A stretch of 64,000 nucleotides of DNA, from assembly GCA_951406725.2 (NCBI GenBank), contig OX597840.1, positions 30,442,001 through 30,506,000 of the forward strand, written 5' to 3'. The position numbers and the translations under genes are program-made. Positions 26,597 through 39,875 of the stretch are shown in pieces. Below the pieces are notes generated by a model. It did not search any database. It had not been told where the DNA came from and saw only the letters and a list, made by a program, of their open reading frames with translations. This DNA is from Octopus vulgaris (lineage: Eukaryota). How positions within the stretch are numbered: the stretch's first letter is position 1; the number at the start of each line of letters is the position of its first letter.

Positions 26597-26750
26597 GTCC
26601 ACCACAAATACTTGAAGCGCCATCGAGCCAAAATGTTATCCAGAAAATGTCTATGAAACTTGTGTGTAGAGTGGAAGGACATCCAATTCCAGTGGTCAGC
26701 TGGTACCATAATGATATGAAGTTGTCTGCAACTTCTAGAATATTTCTAAG
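26597..26750 (+). CDS. Exon encoding the N-terminal half of the next I-set Ig domain
   Basis: Acceptor ttatttcag ends 26596; donor AG|gtaagt at 26751; phase 1 in, phase 2 out. Reads GPPQILEAPSSQNVIQKMSMKLVCRVEGHPIPVVSWYHNDMKLSATSRIFL (CxxxGxPxPxVxW). Not in the ORF track. Confidence 0.93.
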
Positions 26751-27067
26751 GTAAGTCTTTAGGTAATATTGATCAGTTTTAACTGAAACTACCAGGGTTT
26801 TTGCTTGCACCTCCTAAAAGGGTCTGCAGGGATGATATGGAGTTTGCATGTGGGAGTGCACGTGTGTGTGTGTGCATATGTCTATATTATACTTATATTT
26901 GTATATGCATGTATACATACATACATATATATGTGTTTATATATATATAAAATGGATTTACAACTTCAATACCCATACATATCTTGCATCTATTTTCTTT
27001 CCTCCACCTCACTCTCTATTTTGCATCACATCTAAACTAACTATGACTTAATTTTTCCTCTCACACC

Positions 27068-27119
27068 GTCTCCGAAGAAGGGATATTATTAATAAATATC
27101 CTAGAAACAGCTGTAAGAC
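27068..27119 (+). ncRNA. Hammerhead-ribozyme-like motif, U4C core variant
   Basis: gtct-CCGAAGA-ag-GGATATT...AATATCC-ta-GAAAC-agct-GTA-agac; stem I gtct/agac; palindromic ACAGCTGT stem III. Confidence 0.55.
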
Positions 27120-27401
27120 CTTCTATCTATAAATGCTCTAATATCTACACAGCCTTTTTTTTTTATCTTATTACGCAAAAAATTCTTATATATATATATA
27201 AGTGACCACGTGTGTAAAGTTGGCGATTTTTTTTCCTCTGTCTTCCCTTCTCTGGATCTTTCCTTCTCCTATGTTTCTGACGAAGAGCTCCACTCTTTAA
27301 ACCCTACTTCTTTTCTTCTTTCCTGAGCGTCCAATAATACTATATTTGTTCCATGTTCTCGCGTTGTTGTGTTTTTTTGTGCTTTCTTGTTTGGATTAAC
27401 T

Positions 27402-27453
<52 letters not shown>

Positions 27454-27685
27454 GTAACCACATAAATGCAAAACAAAGAAGGAAAAAATAGTACTCGATT
27501 ACCAAAGGTAGAGAAATATGCTTGTATTAAAGCTGCAAAATTTTCCCAAGACTGTTACTCAGAGTTTCACATTCCCTTTCATCTGACAGATGCAATGAAT
27601 ATTCATCACAACTGTCCAACAAACAGGAATGTGAAACTCCGAGTAACAGTTTTTGGAAAATTTTCTGACTTCAATAAAAGTATAT

Positions 27686-27724
<39 letters not shown>

Positions 27725-28910
27725 GTTTAACGTTCATTTTCCATACTAGCATGGGTTGGACGGTTCAACTGGGGTCTGGGAAGCCGGGAAACTGCACCAG
27801 GCTCCAGTCTGATCTAGCAATGTTTCTACAGCTGGATGCCCTTCCTAACACCAACCACTCTGTAAGTGTAGTGGGCGCTTTTTACGTGCCACTGGCACAG
27901 GTGCTAGGGGAAGCTGGCAACAGCCATGATTGGTTGGTGCTTTTTATGTGCCTCCAGCACAGAAGCCAGTGAAGGCAGTGCTGGCATCAGCCATATATAT
28001 GTATGTATATATCTTCATCCATGATGAAGACAATAACCAACGTTCCATATGGCAGATTTGATAATTGCTGAGACTTTTCTCACTCTGAAACCCATAGTAG
28101 CCTTTTCAACCTACAATTAAAGAACATTTATCCACCCAGACAGAGTTGATCACTCATTCTGTTTGATGTTAGTGTATTTTTCTTTTCATCTCTTTCTATT
28201 GAAGAGCATATGCTCGAAATGTCAAAGACCTTTCCAGTCTTCCTGAGTATCAAATTAATACACCAGCTTGTTGTTCCCTCACCTGCCTTCATCTTTTGCT
28301 TTCTTACCGTGGTCTTTTCCGTAGGCTTTTCTTTCCACGGATAAACCTTATCTGCTTCCCCCTTTACACTTTACATCATGACATTTCTGTGATACATAAT
28401 CCCTATTGATCGTTTTGTTTTTCTTTTTTTCTTTCGCTTTTTTCTTTTTTCTTTCCTTTTTACGATCCCTTTTGATCAAAAACCTACCCCACTTTTTTGT
28501 TTGTTTTTATTTTTGTTTTTGTTTTTTTTTCTCCCCCAGAAGAAAAGCTCTACTTTGTAATCTGTCCCGTCTGTGTGCAGCCCTGTGTGGCTAATAAAGA
28601 AACATATAAATTTGAACTATAGATACGGAGGTATATGTCTTAGTGACTAGGGCATTCATCTTACAACTGTAAGGTTATGTATATATGTATATATGTCGCA
28701 AAGAGACACACAGACACATGCATTTGTTGCTAAACTGTGCATAAGTGTGTAATTTGTCATGGCATACATATAATCACCGAAAAGCCGTTAGAAATTTCAA
28801 ACCCTGATACTTTAAAGATGGCAAATATATATGGCTTCTAATCTTTACAATGATAATTAGATTTTACCAGTGTGTGTGTGTGAGAGCATATGTATGTGTA
28901 TGTATGTGTG

Positions 28911-28972
<62 letters not shown>

Positions 28973-29077
28973 CATGGGTATATATGTATATATGCTATAT
29001 TAGTATGGTGATAACTATTAATTTCCAGTAACGCTGCCGTAATCTCCTTTAGAGAGACTTAGTAATTTTAATATTTC

Positions 29078-29138
<61 letters not shown>

Positions 29139-29313
29139 CACATTTGTATATGTATGCATGTATGTACAATCTCTTGCTAAAATCTATTTATCACTCTGAA
29201 AATAGAAGCTGTATATATTCACAATTTCTGATATTCGAGTACTATTTTTTCCTACTTTGTTTTGAATTTATGTGCTTCCTTGTGTGTGTGAGTGTGTATA
29301 TATATATGTATAT

Positions 29314-29598
29314 TGAGGCGCAATGGCCCAGTGGTTAGGGTAGCGGACTCGCGGTCATAGGATCGCGGTTTCGATTCCCAGACCGGGCGTTGTGAGTGTT
29401 TATTTAGCGAAAACACCTAAAGCTCCATGAGACTCCAGCTGGGATGGTGGTGATCCCTGCTGTACTCTTTCTTCTGTTGGCCTGCTTGCTTAGCCAGCGG
29501 GCTGGCGTCACTTGGAGGCTAAAACAATGCAAAGCGCATTGTGACCAGCAATGTGCAGCAACATCTGATAGCCTGGTTGGTCACATTATCACGTGATA

Positions 29599-29600
<2 letters not shown>
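29314..29600 (+). mobile_element. SINE with family C head and an alternative tail
   Basis: Same tRNA-like head as family C, then ttcttctgttggcctgc...ggtcac; also at 63219-63528 (+), with the tail alone at 38225-38342 (-). Confidence 0.8.
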
Positions 29601-29642
<42 letters not shown>

Positions 29643-32039
29643 CACAGGAGTGGCTGTGTGGTAAGTAGCTCGCTTACCAACCACAATGGTTCTGGGTTCA
29701 GTCCCACTGCGTGGCACCTTGGGCAAGTGTCTTCTACTATAGCCTCAGGCCGACCAAAGCCTTGTGAGTGGATTTGGTAGACGGAAACTGAAAGAAGCCC
29801 ATCGTATATATATATGTGTGTGTGTGTCTGAGATATGGAACATTGGTGATTGTCTTCCCACAACATTGCTTGACAACTGATGCTGGTGTGTTTATATCCC
29901 CGTCACTTAGCTGTTCAGCACAGCAAGAGAGACTGATAGAATAAGTGCTACGCTTACAAAGAGTAAAATCTATTTATCACTCTGAAAATAGAAGCTGTAT
30001 ATATTCACAATTTTTGGTGTTCGAGTACTATTTTTTCCTACTTTGTTTTGAATTCATGTGCTTACTTGTGTGTGTGAGTGTGTATATATATATATGTATA
30101 TGGAGGTGCAATGGCCCAGTGGTTAGAGTAGCGGACTCACGGTCATAGGATCTTTGCTCGACTAAAGGCAGTGCTCCAGCATGGCCACAGTCAAATGACT
30201 GAAACAAATAAAAGAATAATAGAATAAAAGAATACCAGGATTGGAGATATTTCTATGTATGGAAGGCTGAACTACACAATATCTCCTCTCTAATTAATTT
30301 GAGATGAATTGTGACAATTTATGAGCAAATATGCTTTTAAATTTATTAAAATTGAATCAATCATTGAGATTTGATTGGTTGGTGAACGAAGGTTCGAAAA
30401 CGTTTTGCACATTCATCAACTCAATTGTTATGTGCAGTCCGCATGATGGATTCATCGATTCACAAGCAAAGTCAAGTGATATTTTTGTATCTTTAGGATC
30501 ACATGTGTTAGATACATCAGAAAGAAAGATAGCTGCTGTTAGCAAAGTTCGAGTTGTGATGGATTGATGAATAACTGGATGATTTCGCCGTCGATTTTTA
30601 CATTATAAATCTGTATTTCATTTTTAAAATAAAGCAAGTATACTAACCCAGTAAGTGTATGGAAATGCTTCACTAAAATTCGGTGGCAGTGTATGTAAAA
30701 GTTCACCGATTCCAACCCTTTGTTCAAAATTGTAAAACTGTTATATGATATACTCCTAGAACCATTAATTTCAACATAGGCACAGGAGTGGCTATGTGGT
30801 AGGTAGCTTGCTTACCAGCCACAGGTTCTGGGTTCAGTCCCACTGCGTGGCACCTTGGGCAAGTGTCTTCTACTATAGCCTTGGGCTGACCAAAGCCTTG
30901 TGAGTGGATTTGGTTGACGGAAACTGAAAGAAGCCCATTGTCTGTATATATGTATATATATATGTATGTGTGTATATGTTTGTGTGTCTGTGTTTGTCTC
31001 CCAATATCGCTTGATAACCGATGCTGATGTGTTTACGTCCTCGTAACTTAGCAGTTCAGCTAAAGGGACCGATAGAATAAGTCCTGGGGTCGATTTTGCT
31101 CGACTAAAGGCGGTGCTCCAGCATGGTCGCAGTCAAATTACTGAAACAAGTAAAAGAATATGTTTTCCCTAATGAATCAGTTGCATTTTAAATTCCAGAT
31201 ATATTTGGAGAGTCTGGTGGAAAAACATCTTTCTCAGTGTCTGCATGTGGGTATACATGTAAAAATTTATTCTAAAAGAATGGTATACACTTTTAGTATG
31301 AGATATTGTGTGTGTGTGTGTGTGTGTGCGTGTGTGTGTGTTTTGGTGTTGGTGTGTGTGTGTACATTTATTCATATCATTATTTTATTTGAGAAGGAAA
31401 CATTAGCTCAAGAAACTAGTGCTTTAGAAGTACTCATATCATTGACAGAGTAGATGCTGGAGCTGTTGCATTTACATAGATGAGACAATGGCCTTTGTGT
31501 CCATACTGCAAAGTTTTCATCTGTTTACACTGGTGATGGCGTCAGTGAAGATTTTTCTGTTCAACTTTCGTTCACCTTAATGCCATTTCTATTAAAAATA
31601 GGATCTACAAGGAGATGCCTAATTATAAAATCAATAAAAATCCTGACAACATTGGAACACACATTTAAACTCCAAAAAGGATTATACCATATACTATTTT
31701 GCTTCCTCTTTCCAGTTACTCCTGTTCACTCAGCTGTAGAAATCAGTTGTGATGTCACTGGGGCCAAATTCTATCAGCCTCTGCCTTTCTCTTTAAAATA
31801 TTGATGGCATGGAGAGGGGAGGCTGGTATGCATGGGCAACTGCTGGTCTTCCATAAACAATCTTGCCCAGACTTGTACTTGGAGGGTAACTTGCTAGGTG
31901 CAATCCCATGGTTATTCATGAATAGAGAGGGTCTTTACCTGAACATAAATATTGTTCTTTGTGTAATGTATTCTGATAATGTCTTTTAATGCATCATTGT
32001 AATAATGAGCAGCATAATTTAAGGATTCCTCATTAGGGG

Positions 32040-33000
32040 ACAAGCTTGGTGAACCTTAAATAGGTGTGTGTTTTAAGTTCTTTTTAGGATATGGTTGGAA
32101 TTTATATTAATGTTCTATTTTCTTGTTTGATTTACTATAAGAGTAGTATTCATCAATTCCTATGTTAAAAGTTATATTGATGAAATGAAATTATACTTAG
32201 ATTCATACTTGCTGTGATTTTTAAATCTCTTTGAATGTGTTGACAAACTCTTTCTTAACAACATCTATTGTGGTCATGATTACATTTATTGAAAGGAATA
32301 GCCCATTATCATCATCATCATCATCATCATGAGAGAATCTATAGAGCATAATCTCTTTCATATTAAGTTTATAATACACAGTCCCATCGATTCACATACC
32401 TCAGCCTCATCTTACAACCCCATGCTTATATCAAACAATTCTCAATTGTTACAGCTAACCCCAAAGAAATTATGGTAAATTTGTAAAGAACTCCTAGCAT
32501 GAATGTTAACAATAACACCCAAATCACAAACCAGAACATAACTAATACCAAATTCTAAAGCTTTTTAAAGAACTGATTTAGGTATAGCACGATAGAATTC
32601 TGCTATATCAAAACACATAAATTTATGAACGTGCTTATTATCTTCGTCAATAAACAACTTGATAACCAATAAACTATTATTCCATAACAGAAGAAAAATG
32701 GTGTGTTTGATGCTAGAAATGATAGTCTAAAATGTTTTTACTAACCCTACCTGTTTTTAGCATTCCCTGGATTTACATTTGGTATTGGCAAGGAAATTAT
32801 TCTATATAATCTTTAAAAGTAGTGTATCATTTCTATAACACCTAAGCTCTTGTTCTATCATCAGAATTCTTGACTGGAAGCTATTTCTTTGAATTGAAAT
32901 TAATACCTTCGAAAGTCCTAGAATTGGGTTTCTTATAGGTATCTATTGGGAATATTTCTACAACATGTACAGATAACAGTTTCATATCTTTAGAAAAAAG
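32040..33000 (-). pseudogene. Fossil reverse transcriptase of a Penelope-like retroelement
   Basis: - strand manual translation with stops: GRVSKNILD, KFMCFDIAEFYRAIPKSVL*KALEF, IHARSSL, LFDISMGL*DEAEVCESMGLCI, DNGL, KITASMNL, NINSNH; same order as recalled PLE motifs FDIVEFYPSI / MGSYDGAEVCELVGL / YRDDGL / SNHP. Confidence 0.8.
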
Positions 33001-34144
33001 GGGGATAGGTAAGAAATTTCTTAAATTCTGTTCCTTGACCGGAAGATAATATTACCTGACTGTGAAATGTTATCTTATACTCTGACAATATTACAGTTTG
33101 GCTTGCAAGATTCATAATGTAACCTGCTGTATTGAAACATATTTTGGTGTATCTTGGGAGGATCATTGCACCAATAATAATATATACACACACTGAGTGT
33201 ATTTCATTTCTTTAATTTTTATTTATCATCTACTTAACCAATTAAATAATCATTTGTTTGATTAAATGTTCAAAAATCAATCAGGTTTACCTGTGTCCTC
33301 TCAGAATTTGGCCATGTTATCTGACAATCTAAGAAAGTTAACATTACTTTCTTTAAATGTTACCTGACTATATGAGAATGGTAACTTGCTTATTTGAGAA
33401 TATAATCTGAGTTTCTGAAAATCATACCAAGCTGAAAATGTTTCTTCAATACTCTCTTTTACTCTTTTACTTGTGTCAGTCATTTGACTGTGGCCATGCT
33501 GGAGCACCGCCTTTAGTCGAGCAAATCGACCCCCGGACTTATTCTTTGTAAGCCTAGTACTTATTCTATCGGTCTCTTTTGCAGAACCACTAAGTTACAG
33601 GGATATAAACACACCAGCATCGGTTGTCAAACGATATTGGGGGGACAAACACAGACTCACAAACATGTACGTATACACACATCTTTCAGTTTCTGTCTAC
33701 CAAATCCACTCACAAGGCTTTGGCCAGATCAAGGCTATAGTAGAAGACACTTGCCCAAGGTGCCATGCAGTGGGACTGAACCCGGAACCATGTGGTTGGT
33801 AAGCAAGCTATTTACCACACAGCCACTCGTACGCCTACAATATCTAAGAATGTTAGCTGCCCTTCAGAGCAAAATGTTACCTGAGTATCAAACAATGTTA
33901 CTCATCTACCTTGGATATTTGTGTGTAAAAGCCAAGATTTTTAGACCATTTTTTTTTAAAGGTTAAATTTAATGGAATCAATTTTTATATTGATATAACT
34001 TCTGGGATGCTAGTTCATGCTAGAATCCAAAATTTTATATCAGTAACAAAAGCACAAATGATGTCTAAATGAATAATAAAAAGAAAAGGTATACTATGGC
34101 ACCATTAAAGCACACACCTTACTTAGTAACATCCTCCTCCTCCT

Positions 34145-34575
34145 CATCATCATCATCATCATTGTTTAACGTCCGCTTTCCATGCTAGCATGGGTTGGAC
34201 GGTTCAACTGGGGTCTGGGAAGCCAGAAGGCTGCACCAGGCTCCAGTCTGATCTGGCAGTGTTTCTACAGCTGGATGCCCTTCCTAACACCAACCACTCC
34301 GTGAGTGTAGTGGGTGCTTTTTACGTGCCACCCGCACAGGTGCCAGACAAGGCTGGCAACGGCCACGATCGGATGGTGCTTTTTACGTGCCACCGGCACA
34401 GGTGCCAGACGGCGCTGGCAACAGCCACGATCGGATGGTGCTTTTTACGTGCTACCAGCACAAAGGCCAGTCAGGGCAGCGCTGGCTACGGCCACGTTCG
34501 GATGGTTCTCTTACGTGCCACCGGCACTGGTAACCCAACTACAACTTCCATTGATGTTGATCGATTTCGATTTTT
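34145..34575 (-). mobile_element. Family D short retroposon with (ATG)n tail (representative copy)
   Basis: Sense ggcgttaggaagggcatccagctgtagaaac...ggacgttaaac(atg)n; about 62-bp internal units. Other copies near 1, 17776, 18700, 21890, 27687, 38827, 45143, 53768, 56713 and 59043. Confidence 0.8.
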
Positions 34576-35520
34576 GATAACAATAATCATAAATAAAGTT
34601 AAATAACTCTAATAGGTATTTACTCATGCCCTTTTATTTGTATCCACCTCACTCAACTGCCTAAGCTTAGTGAAATCAATTTACACTTCACAATAAATGA
34701 ACATTACTACTAATTTACCATAATGATACATATAAGGCTCATACCTATTTCTTTACTACCCACAAGGGGCTAAACACAAAAGGGACAAACAAGGACAGAC
34801 AAACGGATTAAGTCGATTATATCGACCCCAGTACCTAACTGGTACTTAATTTATCAACCCCAAAAGTATGAAAGGCAAAGTCGACCTCGGCGGAATTTGA
34901 ACTCAGAACGTAACAGCAGACGAAATACCTATTTCTTTACTACCCACCAGGGGCTAAACACAGAGAGGACAAACAAGGACAGACTAACGGATTAAGTCGA
35001 TTATATTGACCCCAGTGCGTAACTGGTACCTAATTTATCGACCCTGAAAGGGTGAAAGGCAAAGTTGACCTCGGCGAAATTTGAACTCACAATGTAGCAG
35101 CAGACGAAATACCGCTAAGCATTTCTCAATGATGAGATGATTTAATTTTAGAATGGCATTGTAGGATAGGTGTGAGAGACCGGATCTAGCTGGTTTGAAC
35201 ATAAAGCAAATAGAACCCAGGCCAACATGGACAACAGATGTTAAATGAATGATGATGAGATATTTGGGTCTGATTGGGCTTGATTAATCCTTTAGCATTG
35301 TGATTACTCTGTAAAAATATAATGGTTATTTTTTCACACGGGTATGAATTAATCAAGAATTAACGCATAGCTTCAAGATTTCAATGATGTGATTATTATC
35401 CCAACCTCCACTAGTCAGGTGTATGCCCCATGTTAAGAATTACTGGTCAACATGTTTGCTGTCCATGGTCAGGAGTTGACCCTCATCCATTTCTTTTGCT
35501 TCATGCCATCTCACAAAATA

Positions 35521-35756
35521 TCTATTTCTTTACTACCCACAAGGGGGTAAACATAGAGGGGACAAACAAGGACAGATATAGGTATTAAGTCGATTACATC
35601 GACCCCAGTGCGTAACTGGTACTTATTTAATCGACCCCAAAAGGATGAAAGGCAAAGTCGAACTCGGCGGAATTTGAACTCACAACGTAACGGCAGACGA
35701 AATACCGCTAAGCATTTCGCCTGGCGTGCTAACATTTCTGCCAATTCGCCACCTTA
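35521..35756 (-). mobile_element. SINE family B with TSD
   Basis: 16-bp direct repeat gccatctcacaaaata at 35505-35520 and 35757-35772. Confidence 0.88.
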
Positions 35757-36241
35757 GCCATCTCACAAAATACCATCATCCAATGCATTCAAAATTCCAT
35801 GTTTCTTGAACGATTCGACAATAGTATCAACTTATATTTCTTCCCATGAATCAATGATCCATTCACAGATCAGAGGCAGGGATGGAACCCATATACTGCT
35901 TAAAAGTTTCATCCTGGGTCATATAGACTCATAGAATCAGTTTCCCAGATTCTCTGACCTTTATACTCTCCATCCCCTTCTGGACGAGACACCAGTCCAT
36001 CTCAGAATTACTCATTTTTTCCAGCTGAGTGGACTGGAGCAAAATGAAATGAAGTGTTTTGCTCAAGAGCGCAATGCATTGCCCAGTCCAGGAATTGAAA
36101 CCACAAACTTACAATCATAAGTCAAACACACTAACCACAAAGCCACATGCCTCCACTCACACACTTCTTCCTTCCATGCATTTTTTTGTATCATACAACC
36201 AGTTATTCCACATGATACTTCTGTCCTTCAATGGTTTATTG

Positions 36242-36296
<55 letters not shown>

Positions 36297-36699
36297 CGCA
36301 GGAGTGGCTGTGTGGTAAGTAGCTTGTTTACCAACCACATGATTCCGGGTTCAGTCCCACTGTGTGGCACCTTGGGCAAGTGTCTTCTGCTATAGCCCCA
36401 GGCCAACCAATGCATTGTGAGTGGATTTGGTAGATGGAAACTGAAAGAAGCCTGTCGTATATATGTATATATGTATATATATATGTATGTGTGTTTGTGT
36501 GTCTGTGTTTGTTCCCCAAGCATTGCTTGACAACCGATGCTGGTGTGTTTATGTCCCCATTACTTAGCGGTTTGGCAAAAGAGACCAATAGAATAAGTAC
36601 TGGGCTTACAAAAGAATAAGTCCCGGGGTCGAGTAGCTCGATTAAAGGCGGTGCTCCAGCATGGTCACAAGTAAAATAGTAAAGGAGAGTATATATACT

Positions 36700-37062
36700 G
36701 TTGCAAAACATTTCCAAATCTGCCAGGAATTCTATGTCAGTATTTAGGGAATGGTGATTATCAACAACATTATTCTCTAGATGTGCCCTGAACTGGTCCC
36801 AGACAAACAAACTCTTGTCCTCTCGTAGTCCATCAAGTCATAAATTACAAACCCACTTTTATCCATTTTCTATGCATCCTTCAAAACTTCCATGCTTCCT
36901 GAGATTCGCCAACACTACACCTGATTTTCTCCCCTCCATACACACGCAAGCATGTATCTGACTCATACACTGTTCACTTCCCAGACATTTGTACATTACT
37001 GCATATGCTTTATATGCACTTTTGACAAGTTGTGGTGCACCTGAGCACTGAATACAATAATG

Positions 37063-37134
<72 letters not shown>

Positions 37135-37135
37135 T
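36700..37135 (+). mobile_element. Probable LINE 3' end with (ATT)n tail
   Basis: Non-microsatellite sequence ending in a long (ATT)n tail; no clean ORF; clade not assignable. Confidence 0.4.
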
Positions 37136-38040
37136 ATTACATTCCTTCTCATCCATAGTTGTGTGGATCCATGTGGAAGGTAATTACTTTTGGAAACTTC
37201 TCTTGTAGTGAAGTTTTTCTCTTAAAAACAACCACCAGTTTTCACTTAGACTGTTACCTATTTCTTTACTACCCACAAGGGGCTAAACACAGAGCGGACA
37301 AACAAGGACAGACATAGGTATTAAGTCGATTACATCGACCCCAGTGCATAACTGGTACTTAATTTATCGACCCCGAAAGGATGAAAGGCAAAGTTGACCT
37401 CAGCGGAATTTGAACTCACAATGTAACGCAGACGAAATACCGCTAAGCATTTCGCCCGGCATGCTAACGTTTCTGCCAGCTTGCCGCCTTTAGACTGTTA
37501 CCTGGCTATTAGAGAATGTTAACAGCAATGGACTAGCATCTTATCCAGTGGGATATTAGTTCTCATATCAAAAGTGTGGTTTCTCTTGTATCCAGTTAAT
37601 GTTATAGAATTAGCTCTGAACTTGGTTAAGGCTTAAGAAGCATTTACATTTGTGCTTGGAAGAATTTCTTAATTCGTTATGTTGGGTCGGATTAATATAA
37701 TCTTGATTAATCTAAGAACTTCGTATCTGTTTTTAAGTAATTAAGACTTAAGAAGTGATTAAACTTTTCAATTGTAACGAATTTAAATAATACTTTTGTT
37801 TCATTGTGTGAGTGTGTGTGTGGGGGTGTTTTTGTGGGGGTGTTTTTGTGTGAGCATTTTAACTAGAGAAAAATTGAAGAAATGATCTTAAATTAATTTC
37901 CTTATTACAGCTTTATATAGAGAAAATGTCATTTTGAAATTAGCATATATGTATGTGTGTGTGTGTATACATACATATTTGTGTATGTCTAGATCGCTAA
38001 CCACTACACACGTTTTTTCTCTCCTTGTTTCTTTGTGTTC

Positions 38041-38076
38041 CTTTCTGCAGATGAGCGTAGGCTCGAAACGTAAAAG
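38041..38076 (+). ncRNA. Minimal hammerhead-like motif, core variant CUGCAGA
   Basis: cttt-CTGCAGA-t-GAGC-gtag-GCTC-GAAAC-GTA-aaag; sibling copy at 12306-12341. Confidence 0.45.
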
Positions 38077-38163
38077 ACTTTTTCAATTCCCAAGCATTAT
38101 ACTAATACATCTGTTTGTTTTCTACACCACCTGTCTTCGTCTTTTGTTTTTTTGTGAATTCCT

Positions 38164-38225
<62 letters not shown>

Positions 38226-38347
38226 CATGTGATCACGTGACCAACCAGACCATCAGATGTTGCTACACATCGCTGGTCACAACACATTCGCATTGTTTTA
38301 GCCTTTGAATGACGCCACCCCACTGGCTAAGCGAGCAGGCCAATATA

Positions 38348-38403
<56 letters not shown>

Positions 38404-38762
38404 TGTCAGTAAATGGTGGGGTTGTGCTAACTGCATGTGGAGAAATGATAGGAGAAGAAAAAAATAATAAGGCAGGCTGCTAAATTGAAAGTAAATTTTA
38501 ATAAAAATTGGTGTAAGGAAAATTAAAAAAAGAAAAAAGGAATCAACCCGGCTTTCAATGCAAGGCAAATTTTTAAGATTTGGAAGGGGAAAAAATTTTT
38601 TTTTTAAATTGAGAAAGGGGAAAAAAGAAATTTACAATGTTTTTTACAAAAAAATATTAATACATATATAAAAAAATTAATAAATAAGTATACCATTACA
38701 TTCTAGTGTGTATTTTTTCCTCTCCTGAAAATCAAATATATATATGTATATATGTATATATA

Positions 38763-38813
<51 letters not shown>

Positions 38814-39216
38814 ATATATACATATACATCATCATCATCATCATCATCGTTTAACGTCCGTTTTCTGCACTAGCACGGGTTGGACTGTTCGAGCGGGGTC
38901 TGGGAAGCCAGATGGCTGCACCAGGCTCCAGTCTGATCTGGCAGAGTTTCTACAGCTGGATGCCCTTCCTAACGCCAACCACTCCGCGAGTGTAGTGGGT
39001 GCTTTTTATGTGCCACCTGCACAGGTGTCAGTGGGGGGGTCCGGCATCGGCCACGATCGGTTGGAGCTTTTAACGTGCCACCGGCATGGAGGCCAGCCAA
39101 GGCTGCGCTGGCAACGGCCACGTTCGGATGGTGCTTTTTATGTGCCACCGGCAGAGAAGCCAGTTGGGGCGGCGCTGGCAACGGCCACGTTGGATGGTGC
39201 TTTTTATGTGCCATAC

Positions 39217-39279
<63 letters not shown>

Positions 39280-39299
39280 CATATATATATGTGTATGTG

Positions 39300-39336
<37 letters not shown>

Positions 39337-39532
39337 TTATTCCCCACCACCACTACTTGACAACCATATTGAGTTTACATCCTTGTAACTTAGTGGTTCA
39401 GCAATTGAGACTAATAAAATAAGTATCAGGCTTTAAAATTAATTCCTTGTTTCAATTTGTTCAACTAAAATTCTTTAAGGACACTGCCCCAGCATGGCCA
39501 CAAGCTAATGACTGAAACAAGTAAAAGATACA

Positions 39533-39564
<32 letters not shown>

Positions 39565-39651
39565 AAACAATCAATAATTTAGTCAGTTTTAGTTGACTTC
39601 TACAGCTTTACAATACAAATAAAACTTATAAGAAACCTTTATCATACTCAA

Positions 39652-39875
39652 TGAGAAGAAGAAGAAGAAGAAGAAGAAGAAGAAGAAGAAGAAGAAGAAG
39701 AAGAAGAAGAAGAAGAAGGGCAGGAGGAGGAAGAAGAAGAAGAAGAAGAAGAAGAAGAAGAAGAAGAAGAAGAAGAAGAAGAAGAAAAAGAAAGTGAAGA
39801 ATGAAAAAGAAAACGAAGAAGACGGAGAAGAAAATGAAAGAAGAAGAAGAAGAAAAAGAAGAAGAAGAAGAAGAA
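39652..39875. repeat. (GAA)n purine microsatellite
   Basis: Seen directly. Confidence 0.95.
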
